44,444 bases of DNA from Candidatus Fermentibacteraceae bacterium (GTDB taxonomy: Bacteria; Fermentibacterota; Fermentibacteria; Fermentibacterales; JCC-6), in contig JAWLEP010000001.1 in NCBI GenBank assembly GCA_041686025.1, positions 1 through 44,444 of the forward strand, given 5' to 3'. Below, one piece after another: positions 27,347 through 36,090 of this stretch. Every line of letters starts with the position of its first letter. Within the stretch, counting starts at the first letter, position 1. The translations under genes were made by a program, and so were the position numbers. The notes below the pieces were generated by a model, which saw only the letters and a list, made by a program, of their open reading frames with translations, did not search any database and was not told the origin of the DNA.

Positions 27347-29001
27347 ATCTCGCAGAGCTCATGAGACTGGACACGCTCGCCATCTTCTGCGCCGCCTTCA
27401 GCGGGCTCTTCTTCCTCCTGACAACCCTGTACTCCACCGGCTTCATGAAGGGCATGAGGTCGGGCTTCCGCTACTACCTCTACCTGCTGGTCACCCTGGT
27501 GGCCACCGCAGCGGCCCTCTTCGCGGACAACGTCATACTGCTGCTGGCCCTGTGGGGGTTCCTGGGTCTGATGCTCTATCTGCTGATAGGCTTCGGCCGG
27601 GCGGCGCGGACGGCGGACACAGCCAAGAAGACCATGATAATCATCGGGGGCTCGGACGCCCTCATGCTCATGGGCCTGGGACTGGTCTGGCATCTAAGCG
27701 GCACGGATGCCCCGATATGGGCCATGCGGCTCTCCGAGCTGCGCATCCCCATAGAGGGCGGGGCCAGCACCCTGGCCTTCCTGCTGCTGGCCGCCGGCGC
27801 CCTGGCCAAGGCCGGCGCCATGCCTCTGCACACCTGGATACCGGATACGGCGGAGGACGCCCCCATACCGGTGACCGCCTACCTGCCGGCCTCCCTGGAC
27901 AAGCTGCTTGGCATCTACCTGCTGGCCAGGCTCTGCCTGGAGGTATTCGTAATGAGCCCGGCGATGAACACCGTCCTGATGGCGGTGGGCAGCTTCACCA
28001 TAGTGGCCGCGGTTATGATGGCTCTGGTGCAGCACGACCTGCGGAGGCTGCTGGGCTACCACGCGGTGAGCCAGGTTGGCTACATGGTCCTGGGCATCGG
28101 CACGGGCACCATGGTGGGGATCGCCGGAGGTCTGTTCCACATGCTGAACCACGCCATCTACAAGGCCTGCCTGTTCTACACGGGAGGCGCCGTGGTGAAG
28201 AGGGCGGGAACCGCCGACCTCAGGAAGCTGGGGGGCTACGCAAAGGTGATGCCCGTGGTGTTCACCAGCTTCCTGGTGGCCGCCCTGGCCATCTCCGGCG
28301 TACCACCCCTCAACGGTTTCGCCTCCAAGTGGATGGTCTACCAGGGCGTGATCGAGACCGGAGCGGACGGAGGCTTCATGTGGGTGGTGTGGCTGGCCGC
28401 AGCCATGATAGGCAGCGCCCTCACACTGGCCAGCTTCATGAAGCTCTCCAACGCGGTCTTCCTCGGCCAGCCGTCGAAGCCCCTGGAGAAGCGGGGCAGC
28501 GGTGCCTGGGCCGGCATACCGGCGGTGACCCTGGCGGCCCTCTGCCTGGGGTTCGGCGTTCTGGCCCAGAGGCTGCCGCTGCGCTACCTGATATTCCCCT
28601 CCATCGGCGCCGAGCCCGGCGGCCAGGGCATCTGGCAGCCGGGAATGGCCTCGGTCCTCCTGCTGGGAGGCCTGCTGGTCGGCCTGATTCTCTACCTGAT
28701 CGGAAAGGCCTGGAAGGGCGCGCGGGTGAGCAAGCCCTTCGTGGGCGGAGTCGACCTGGAGGACCACCCCGACATGAGGGTCTCCGGGGCCGACTTCTAC
28801 CTCACGGTCAGCGAGATGGGCCCGCTGAAGAGGATGTACGCGCTGGCCGAGGCCAGGGCGTTCGACATCTACGAGCAGGGAAAGCAGCTGGTGTTCGAGC
28901 TGAGCGGGGCCCTGGGCGCGGCGCACAGCGGCGTCCTCTCCCGGTACCTGGGCTGGTACCTGCTCGGCATGGCGGCGATTCTAGCTGTACTGGTGTGGTG
29001 A
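27343..29001 (+). CDS. Antiporter-like membrane subunit (NuoL/MrpA/HyfB-like)
   Basis: AKAGAMPLHTWIP, LGYHAVSQVGYM, HMLNHAIYKACLF, SGVPPLNGFASKW, C-terminal HSG.L..YL. Confidence 0.9.
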   Translation: MNLAELMRLDTLAIFCAAFSGLFFLLTTLYSTGFMKGMRSGFRYYLYLLVTLVATAAALFADNVILLLALWGFLGLMLYLLIGFGRAARTADTAKKTMIIIGGSDALMLMGLGLVWHLSGTDAPIWAMRLSELRIPIEGGASTLAFLLLAAGALAKAGAMPLHTWIPDTAEDAPIPVTAYLPASLDKLLGIYLLARLCLEVFVMSPAMNTVLMAVGSFTIVAAVMMALVQHDLRRLLGYHAVSQVGYMVLGIGTGTMVGIAGGLFHMLNHAIYKACLFYTGGAVVKRAGTADLRKLGGYAKVMPVVFTSFLVAALAISGVPPLNGFASKWMVYQGVIETGADGGFMWVVWLAAAMIGSALTLASFMKLSNAVFLGQPSKPLEKRGSGAWAGIPAVTLAALCLGFGVLAQRLPLRYLIFPSIGAEPGGQGIWQPGMASVLLLGGLLVGLILYLIGKAWKGARVSKPFVGGVDLEDHPDMRVSGADFYLTVSEMGPLKRMYALAEARAFDIYEQGKQLVFELSGALGAAHSGVLSRYLGWYLLGMAAILAVLVW

Positions 29002-29005
29002 TGAG

Positions 29006-29536
29006 ATGATTGCTCTGTACATACTGCTTTCGATGATGATACTCGGAGCTCTGGTGGCCATCGAGGTTCGCAGCCTGATCTCCTCGGTGGTGGCGGTGGG
29101 GGCGGTGGGCCTGGGGCTCTCCCTGGTCTTCCTGCTGCTGAAGGCCCCGGACGTGGCCCTCACCCAGCTGGTGGTGGAGATCATCGCCGTGATCATACTG
29201 ATCAGGGCCACCATCCGCCGCAGGCTCCCCGAGTCACCGGTGTCCGCAAGGCCCTACGGGGTCCTTCTGGGCCTGGGGTTCGCCGTCCTGCTGGTTATGG
29301 TCTCCCTGCCGGCGCTGCAGGAGATCCCCCGGCTGGGACACCCCTACATGAGGGTGGCCGGGACCTACGTGGAGAGCGGCCTGCAGGATACCGGGGCCGC
29401 CAACCTTGTGGCCTCGGTGATACTGGACTACAGGGCCTACGATACCCTGGGAGAGGCCACTGTGCTCTTCACGGCCGTGATGGGAGTCATGGCCGTGCTC
29501 CGAAACAGGGGCCTCAAGAGCGGGGAGGAGGGCTGA
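29006..29536 (+). CDS. MbhD/MbhE-like (MrpA C-terminal part) subunit
   Basis: LKAPDVALTQLVVE; GAANLVASVILDYRAYDTLGEATVLF. Confidence 0.9.
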   Translation: MIALYILLSMMILGALVAIEVRSLISSVVAVGAVGLGLSLVFLLLKAPDVALTQLVVEIIAVIILIRATIRRRLPESPVSARPYGVLLGLGFAVLLVMVSLPALQEIPRLGHPYMRVAGTYVESGLQDTGAANLVASVILDYRAYDTLGEATVLFTAVMGVMAVLRNRGLKSGEEG

Positions 29537-29537
29537 C

Positions 29538-30002
29538 ATGGCCGACAGGCCCGAAGACGGAATGTCGCTCATAGTCAAGACCGTCACCAGGCTCACCCTG
29601 GGCCTGATCCTCCTCTACGGCCTCTACATCGTCCTGCACGGCCACCTTACGCCGGGAGGCGGCTTCGCCGGCGGCGTCATCGTGGCCCTCTCGCTGGTGC
29701 ACCTGGTGCTTGCCTTCGGCGGCCGGAGCGCCTGGAAGAGGATCTCCCATTCGGGCGCCTCCCGCATGGAGGCCACCGGAGCCCTGGGATTCCTGGCCCT
29801 GGCCCTGCTGGGTCTCACCGCCGGGTTCTTCCTCTCCAACTTCCTCCCCGAAGGCAGAGCTTTCGAGCTGTTCAGCGCCGGGTCGATACCCCTGGCCAAC
29901 CTGGCCATATGCCTCAAGGTGGGGGGCGGCCTGTTCGCCGTTTTCGCCATACTGACCATCTTCACCGCCGAGACCACCTCGCCGGACGGGGGGGAGCGAT
30001 GA
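29538..30002 (+). CDS. mnhB: MnhB/MrpB (MbhF-like) subunit
   Basis: YIVLHGHLTPGGGFAGG, SAG.IP..N..I.LKV. Confidence 0.9.
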   Translation: MADRPEDGMSLIVKTVTRLTLGLILLYGLYIVLHGHLTPGGGFAGGVIVALSLVHLVLAFGGRSAWKRISHSGASRMEATGALGFLALALLGLTAGFFLSNFLPEGRAFELFSAGSIPLANLAICLKVGGGLFAVFAILTIFTAETTSPDGGER

Positions 30003-30340
30003 CGGCCTACATACTCTGCCTGATCCTTTTCGGCCTCGGCATCTACTGCGCGGTCTCCAAGCGCAACCTGATAAAGATCATCGTCGGCGTGGCCATAGCC
30101 GAGTACGCCGTGAACCTGATGTTCGTCCTGGTTGGATACAGGATGGGAGGAGTGCCCCCCATCTTCGCAGCTCCCGGGGAGGCGCAGGGCGCGATGGTCG
30201 ACCCGCTGCCCCATGCCCTGGTGCTGACCTCGATCGTGATAGGTCTGGCCACCACGGCCCTGCTGGCGGCGATAGCCATGAGGATATACCGCAAGTACGG
30301 AACCTACGATGTCAACGAGATAAGGGAGCTGAGAGGGTGA
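29999..30340 (+). CDS. mnhC: MnhC/MrpC (MbhG-like) subunit
   Basis: KRNLIKII, AVNL, MVDPLPHALVLTSIVIG, YGT. Confidence 0.92.
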   Translation: MTAYILCLILFGLGIYCAVSKRNLIKIIVGVAIAEYAVNLMFVLVGYRMGGVPPIFAAPGEAQGAMVDPLPHALVLTSIVIGLATTALLAAIAMRIYRKYGTYDVNEIRELRG

Positions 30341-31851
30341 CACACACGCTGATGCCCCTGATGATCGCGGTGCCCCTCGGAGGCGCCTTCCTGTGCGCGC
30401 TAATGGGAAAGCGAGCCAGGGCACTGCCTGACGCCATGGGATTCCTGGTGACCCTTCTCGCCGCGGCGGGAGCGGTGTACTCGGTGAGCCTCGTGAAGTC
30501 CGCGGGTCCCCTGGTCTACTCAATGGGAGGCTGGAGGGCTCCCGTGGGAATAGTGCTCTCCCTCGACGGCCTCACCTCCCTGATGCTGGTCACCGTCAAC
30601 CTGGTGGCCTTCCTGGTGGCCGTATACGCCAGAGGGTACATGGAGCGCTACACGTCCAAGAGGCTGTTCTACGGCCTCTTCCTGCTGATGCTGGCGGGGA
30701 TGAACGGAGTGGTCCTCACCGGCGATATGTTCAACCTGTTCGTATTCCTGGAGATCGCATCGGTGGCCAGCTACGCCCTGGTGGCCTTCGGCACCGGGAA
30801 GCACGAGCTGGAGGCCGCCTTCAAGTACGGCGTGATGGGAACCATCGCCTCGCTGTTCATACTGCTGGGCATCATCCTGCTCTACGCCCGCACGTCCACT
30901 CTCAACATGGCCGACATGGCCGCGCAGCTTGCCGACGGAGGGGGAGACGTGGTCCCGCTGGTCACCGGCCTGTTCCTGGCCGGATTCGGCCTGAAGGCGG
31001 CGCTGGTTCCCTTCCACGCCTGGCTTCCCGACGCCCATCCGTCGGCTCCCGCTCCCATCAGCGCCATGCTCTCGGGCGTCCTCATCAAGTCCCTGGGCGT
31101 CTACGCGCTGGTGCGGGTCCTGTACAATGTCCTGGGGGTGGCCAAAGTAACCGAAGATGGTTCACCTTTCACTCCGCTGATCGTTCTGGGCATACTGTCC
31201 ATGATGGTGGGCGTGGTGCTGGCCCTGGGCCAGTGGGACATGAAGAGGCTGCTGGCCTACCACTCCATCAGCCAGATAGGATACGTGATCCTGGCAATAG
31301 GAATAGGCACCCCGCTGGCGGTGATGGCGGGTCTGTTCCACCTGTTCAACCACTCCATCTTCAAGTCACTTCTGTTCCTCGACTCGGGCGCCCTGGAGCA
31401 CGCCACCGGCACCCGGGACCTCAGGAGGATGGCGGGGGTGGGCAGGAAGCTGCCGGTGACCTCTTCCACCACCCTGATCGCTTCGATGTCCATCGCCGGC
31501 ATACCGCCCTTCAACGGATTCTGGAGCAAGCTGCTGATCATCGTGGCGGCGGTGCAGGCCGGCCACTCCTGGAGCGCCTTCTGGGCGGTGCTGGCCAGCA
31601 TCCTCACACTGGCCTCCTTCACCAAGGTGCTGCGCTACGGGTTCCAGGGAGGCGCAAGCGAGCGGCTGCGCCAGCTGGCGGCGGTCCCGCTGTCCATGAA
31701 GGTTGCCCTGGTGCTCTTCGCCGTGATCTGCATCGGCGGGGGCCTGCTTCTGCTGCCCTCGCTGCGTGATCTCTTCCTCGGCCCCGCCGCCGACGCTCTG
31801 GCCGGCGGTACCGAGCAGCTGGGCTTCGTCCTGACGGGGGGTGCGTCATGA
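30337..31851 (+). CDS. mnhD: MnhD/MrpD (MbhH-like) antiporter subunit
   Basis: GGW..PVGI.L.LDGL, TGDMFNLFVFLEI, KAALVPFHAWLPDAHPSAP, KRLLAYHSISQ, NH..FKSLLF, GIPPFNGFWSK. Confidence 0.93.
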   Translation: MTHTLMPLMIAVPLGGAFLCALMGKRARALPDAMGFLVTLLAAAGAVYSVSLVKSAGPLVYSMGGWRAPVGIVLSLDGLTSLMLVTVNLVAFLVAVYARGYMERYTSKRLFYGLFLLMLAGMNGVVLTGDMFNLFVFLEIASVASYALVAFGTGKHELEAAFKYGVMGTIASLFILLGIILLYARTSTLNMADMAAQLADGGGDVVPLVTGLFLAGFGLKAALVPFHAWLPDAHPSAPAPISAMLSGVLIKSLGVYALVRVLYNVLGVAKVTEDGSPFTPLIVLGILSMMVGVVLALGQWDMKRLLAYHSISQIGYVILAIGIGTPLAVMAGLFHLFNHSIFKSLLFLDSGALEHATGTRDLRRMAGVGRKLPVTSSTTLIASMSIAGIPPFNGFWSKLLIIVAAVQAGHSWSAFWAVLASILTLASFTKVLRYGFQGGASERLRQLAAVPLSMKVALVLFAVICIGGGLLLLPSLRDLFLGPAADALAGGTEQLGFVLTGGAS

Positions 31852-32360
31852 GGAGCAGGATAGCCATGTTCCTGGTGGCCCTGGCCGCCTGGTGCATTCT
31901 CAGCTGGTCGGTGAGCCCCCAGCACCTGGCGGTGGGAGTGGTGGTCTCGCTGATCGTGGCGGTCTCCGTGGGGGACCTGTTCGTCAGCCGGCCCCACATG
32001 ATGACGCATCCGCTGCGCTGGCTTAACCTGATCTTCGTCTACGCGCCGCTGCTGGCCTGGGAGTGCGTGAAGGCCAACTTCGACGTGGCCTACAGGGTGC
32101 TCAACCCCGCGCTTCCGGTGAAGCCGGGAATAGTGCGCATCAGGACCTCGCTGCGGTCGGACACCGGTCTGACCTTCCTGGCCAACTCCATAACGCTTAC
32201 GCCGGGGACCATGACGGTGGACGTGGACGCCGACGAGGGGATCCTCTACATCCACTGGATCAACGTCAGCAGCGATGACCCCGCCGAACGGGCCAGTCGC
32301 ATAGCCGGGAGGTTCGAGCCCGTTCTGAGAAGGATCTTCGAGGAAGGGGGTGGAGAATGA
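31848..32360 (+). CDS. mnhE: MnhE/MrpE (MbhA-like) subunit
   Basis: KANFDVAYRVL.P, PGIV, LANSITLTPGT.TVDV, LYIHWI. Confidence 0.93.
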   Translation: MRSRIAMFLVALAAWCILSWSVSPQHLAVGVVVSLIVAVSVGDLFVSRPHMMTHPLRWLNLIFVYAPLLAWECVKANFDVAYRVLNPALPVKPGIVRIRTSLRSDTGLTFLANSITLTPGTMTVDVDADEGILYIHWINVSSDDPAERASRIAGRFEPVLRRIFEEGGGE

Positions 32361-32725
32361 GAGCAGCCAGATGGGCCCTGGGAGGAGTCGTTCTGCTGGC
32401 GGTGCTGGCCCTGATAGTATTCAGGACCTACCCGGTGGAGTTCCTGGAGAACGTAAGCGACTCCGGTTTCGCGGCCCGCGCTCTCTACATCGTGCTCCTG
32501 TCCGCCCTCCTCTGTCTCTTCCGAATCGCCAGGGGCCCCACCTCGGCGGACCGGATCATGGCCATAGACATACTGGGCATACTGATAGTGGGCTTCTGCG
32601 CCATAATGGCGGCCGTGACCGATACCGGCTGGTACCTGGACATAGGGATCGCCTGGGCGCTGCAGAGCTTCATCGCATCTCTGGCATTCTCCAAGTACCT
32701 GGAGAGGAGGCGGTTCGATGCTTAG
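32357..32725 (+). CDS. mnhF: MnhF/MrpF (MbhB-like) subunit
   Basis: RIARGPTSADRIMAID, YLDI, SFI.SLAFSKYLE. Confidence 0.9.
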   Translation: MRAARWALGGVVLLAVLALIVFRTYPVEFLENVSDSGFAARALYIVLLSALLCLFRIARGPTSADRIMAIDILGILIVGFCAIMAAVTDTGWYLDIGIAWALQSFIASLAFSKYLERRRFDA

Positions 32726-33080
32726 CATCCTCGGCAAGGTGCTCATCGGCGTCGGCCTGGGGTTCGACCTGCTGGGCTGCCTCGGCCTGGTCCGCCTGCC
32801 GGATGTCTACAACAGGCTCCAGGCTGCTACGAAGTGCGTCACCCTGGGCACCTGCAGCATTCTGCTGGGGGTGTTCTTCTACAGCGGCATGATCACCGGA
32901 ACCGGCATCAAGGCGCTGCTGTGCATCCTCTTCCTGGTGCTTACGGCCCCGGTGGCCGCCCACGCCATCTCCAAGGGCGCCCACAACGGCGGCCTTCGCA
33001 TGTGGAAGGGCTCCGTCACCGACGAGTACCTGGAGGACACGGGCAAGGGTGAGGGAGAAGGGGAGGGGGCGGCAACATGA
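32718..33080 (+). CDS. mnhG: MnhG/MrpG (MbhC-like) subunit
   Basis: GLVRLPDVYNRLQAATKCVTLG, LTAPVAAHAI. Confidence 0.93.
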   Translation: MLSILGKVLIGVGLGFDLLGCLGLVRLPDVYNRLQAATKCVTLGTCSILLGVFFYSGMITGTGIKALLCILFLVLTAPVAAHAISKGAHNGGLRMWKGSVTDEYLEDTGKGEGEGEGAAT

Positions 33081-33700
33081 GACTCCCCAAGGTAAGAGAG
33101 CTGGTGGAGGCCATAAGGGCCATCTTCGTGGGCCCCTACACCTCCCCGTTCCCCAAAGAGATGCCGCAGCCCCACCGCAACTTCCGGGGCCAGCCCGAGT
33201 TCGACCCCGAGAAGTGCGTGGGCTGTCTGGGCTGCGAGGAGATATGCCCCGTGGGGGCCATCGACCACCGCGACGAGCTCGACCGCGAGGACGGCACCCC
33301 CATGCGGGTGATGATACACTACACCGACACCTGCATCTTCTGCGGGGAGTGCGAGGCCGCCTGCATCAACGACCACCAGGGCATCGTTCTCACAGATCAG
33401 TGGGAGCTGTCGTTCTTCGACCGCGCAGAGGCCTACGAGACCATCGAGAAGGAGCTGGTGCTCTGCGAGTGCTGCGGCGAGCCGGTGGCCTGCCGCGACC
33501 ACCTGATCTGGATATCCGACCGGCTGGCCGAGCTCACCTTCTCCAACCCCACCCTCTACCTGACGAAGATGAGGGAGCTGGGAGTGGCCGACGAGAACCT
33601 GGTGAGGACGGCCATGGAGGGCTGGAGGCCCGACCGGATGAAGGTGCTCTGCGCCCGCTGCCGCCGCCAGACCACCCTCACCACGGCGGAGGACTCCTGA
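33077..33700 (+). CDS. NuoI/HycF/MbhN-like 2x[4Fe-4S] subunit
   Basis: GPYT..FP, FRG.P, CVGCLGCEEICP, CIFCGECEAAC, extra CECCG and CARCRR. Confidence 0.9.
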   Translation: MRLPKVRELVEAIRAIFVGPYTSPFPKEMPQPHRNFRGQPEFDPEKCVGCLGCEEICPVGAIDHRDELDREDGTPMRVMIHYTDTCIFCGECEAACINDHQGIVLTDQWELSFFDRAEAYETIEKELVLCECCGEPVACRDHLIWISDRLAELTFSNPTLYLTKMRELGVADENLVRTAMEGWRPDRMKVLCARCRRQTTLTTAEDS

Positions 33701-34200
33701 CCCAGGGGTCCGCCGCGGAAGAGAGACCCCTCGTAGAGGGACTGCGGGAGCTGGCGAGGGCCGGCTCCCGCGTCGTCCTTCTGGGGGTGGGGAACGCCCT
33801 GCGGGGCGATGACGGATTCGGGCCGGCTCTGGCCGGAAGGCTCGCCGGCCGCACCCGCGCAGTATGCATCGATGCCGGAACCACCCCCGAGAACCAGACC
33901 GCCCCCGTCCTGCGCGCCCGGCCGGACGCCGTGATCGTAGCGGACGCCGCCGACTTCGGCGGTGAGCCCGGGGATCTGTCGCTGATCGAGGCCGGCAGAA
34001 TCTCCGAATGCGGCGGCGCCATCACCCACTCCATGTCCCTGAAGCTGCTGGCCGACTACCTCACCGGGGAGACGGGGGCCCGGATAGCCCTGCTGGCCGT
34101 GCAGCCTGCGGACACCCGGTTCGGCAGGCCTCTGTGTGAACGGGTCTCGCAGGCCCTGGATGCTGCCGAGAGTGCTATTCTGGAGGCTCTGGAAGGCTAG
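33697..34200 (+). CDS. hycI: Hydrogenase maturation protease (HycI-like); probable CTG start
   Basis: VLLGVGNALRGDDGFG, IDAGTTPEN, DAADFGGEPG, THSMSL, AVQP. Confidence 0.9.
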   Translation: MTQGSAAEERPLVEGLRELARAGSRVVLLGVGNALRGDDGFGPALAGRLAGRTRAVCIDAGTTPENQTAPVLRARPDAVIVADAADFGGEPGDLSLIEAGRISECGGAITHSMSLKLLADYLTGETGARIALLAVQPADTRFGRPLCERVSQALDAAESAILEALEG

Positions 34201-35357
34201 AGGGCGCCCTCTGTGGTAAGGGGGAGCTCCAGGGTGAAGGTGCTGCCCTCCCCCGGCCGGCTGTCCACCCTGGCGTCCCCGCCGTGGACGTCCGCCGCCC
34301 TCTTCACAATGGACAGGCCCAGGCCGCTGCCCCTGGATTTGCCCGCGGAGGCCCGAATCCTCACGAACTCCTCGAAGAGCCGGTCCTGGTCCTCGGGGCT
34401 GATCCCGGGGCCGTTGTCCTCCACCTGGACCAGCACGCTTCCGTCCCCGCTTCTGGCCCGGACCTCGATCCGTCCGCCCTCGGGCGTGTACTTTATGGCG
34501 TTGGCCAGCAGGTTGCCCACCGCCTCCCGCACCAGGAACGCGATGCCCTGTATGGAGGGGAGGTGGGGGGGGACGTTCAGCTCCACCTTCTGGTCCTTCA
34601 TGGCGGACCGGTCGGACAGCTCCTCCACCACCTTCTCCAGTATCGCTCCCACGTCCACGGTCTTGATGCTGGAGCGCAGGTCCTCGGAGGAGTCCAGCAT
34701 GGCCAGCACCTGGAAGTCGTGGAGGAAGGAGCTCACCTCCCCCAGCCTGTCCCGGAGCCTTTCCAGGAGATGGACCTGCTGCTTGGTGAGCGGCTTGTCC
34801 ATCACCGACTCCAGGCCGTAGACAAGTGAGATGGAGGTGTTCACCGGCGAGCGCAGGTCGTGCACTGCGATCTTGAGGAAGTCCCTCTGCAGCGAGGAGA
34901 GGCTTCTAAGCTGCCGGTTGGCCTCCGCCGCCTTCCGCTCGGCGTCCCTCAACCTCTCACGGGTCCTGGAGATGGACCTGCCCATCTCCCCTGCGGCCAG
35001 GCCCACCAGCAGCACGGCCCCGGCCCGGCCGATGTCCACGTAGAGGTCGGTGGTCACGGCTCCGGAGAGGTGGAGAAGGGCGGTCTCCAGGATCTTTACG
35101 ATGGCGATTACCATGACTCCTCGCCCCCACCATATGGCGGCTATCAGTATGGGGATGTAGAGGAGGTGCGAGTATATGGAGCTCAGCCCGAGGACGAAGC
35201 GGAAGATGTATACCAGCGCCCCGTAGGCCAGGAGCATGCCCAGCAGCACCAGGGCCCTGAATACGTCCCTGGAATCGGCGGTCTGAGTGCGCGGCGTATC
35301 GCCGATGGTTCCCCTCCGGGGTTTGCGGTCGGGCAGGCTGCCCCGCAGCGGCTGCAT
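34197..35357 (-). CDS. Membrane-bound sensor histidine kinase (start uncertain)
   Basis: N-terminal TMs (YSHLLYIPILIAAIWWG), AVHDLRSP, NLLANAIKYT, DNGPGI, GSGLGLSI. Confidence 0.9.
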   Translation of the reverse strand: MQPLRGSLPDRKPRRGTIGDTPRTQTADSRDVFRALVLLGMLLAYGALVYIFRFVLGLSSIYSHLLYIPILIAAIWWGRGVMVIAIVKILETALLHLSGAVTTDLYVDIGRAGAVLLVGLAAGEMGRSISRTRERLRDAERKAAEANRQLRSLSSLQRDFLKIAVHDLRSPVNTSISLVYGLESVMDKPLTKQQVHLLERLRDRLGEVSSFLHDFQVLAMLDSSEDLRSSIKTVDVGAILEKVVEELSDRSAMKDQKVELNVPPHLPSIQGIAFLVREAVGNLLANAIKYTPEGGRIEVRARSGDGSVLVQVEDNGPGISPEDQDRLFEEFVRIRASAGKSRGSGLGLSIVKRAADVHGGDARVDSRPGEGSTFTLELPLTTEGAL

Positions 35358-35427
35358 ACCCTGAGAACACCCATGATCAGCCTAAAGAATAGGCAACGGG
35401 GATTGCCTCGGCAATGGCCTCCGGCGG

Positions 35428-36090
35428 TCAGCCCTCCGCCAGCCGGACCACCAGCACGCCGTCTCCCATGGGCAGCATCACCGGCTGCAGGCCGGGGTCT
35501 GCGTAGACCGAATCCACCAGCCCCGCCACCGCAGCCGGCGCTCCGGGAGGAGGCTCTCGCAGAAGGGCCCTTCCGCCCATGAAGGCGTTGTCCAGGGCCA
35601 CGACCCCCCCGGGACGGACCAGCCTGCGGCAGAGGGCGAAGTAATCGGGATAGCCGGACTTGTCGGCGTCGATGAAGGCCATGTCGAAGCCGCCCTCGTT
35701 TCCCTCGGCCACCAGCTCCTGCAGTGTCCGGGACGCCGGCCCCAGCCGCAGCTCGATCCGGCCGTCGAGGCCGGCCCTCCTCCAGTACTCCCCGGCCGTC
35801 TCCGTCCACTCCCGGGAGACGTCGCAGGCCACCAGCCTGCCGTCGGGGGGGAGGGCGCGGGCCATGCATGTGGAGCTGTAGCCGGTGAATACCCCCACCT
35901 CCAGCACCGACCTGGCCCCGATGAGCCCCGCCAGAAGAGCCAGCAGCTGCCCCTGCTGCGGGGATACCTGCATCCTGGACTCCGGCAGCTCCGAGGTCCT
36001 GCGGCGGAGGTCGGCCAGCAGCCCGTCCTCCCTCCTCAGCGCCAGCCCGCGCATGAGATCCTGCAGCGTGTCCCGTGACGGTCTACCCAT
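35428..36090 (-). CDS. SAM-dependent O-methyltransferase (caffeoyl-CoA OMT / Methyltransf_3)
   Basis: MQVSPQQGQLL, VLEVGVFTGYS, FDMAFIDADK..Y, LDN, LPMGDG. Confidence 0.93.
   Translation of the reverse strand: MGRPSRDTLQDLMRGLALRREDGLLADLRRRTSELPESRMQVSPQQGQLLALLAGLIGARSVLEVGVFTGYSSTCMARALPPDGRLVACDVSREWTETAGEYWRRAGLDGRIELRLGPASRTLQELVAEGNEGGFDMAFIDADKSGYPDYFALCRRLVRPGGVVALDNAFMGGRALLREPPPGAPAAVAGLVDSVYADPGLQPVMLPMGDGVLVVRLAEG

Noticed and set aside
24310..33700. Respiratory complex I (nuo) or Mbx/Ehr annotation
   Set aside because: Large subunit has both Ni-binding CxxC motifs, small subunit has CxxC rather than CC, hycI is present, and there is no NuoEFG/NuoA
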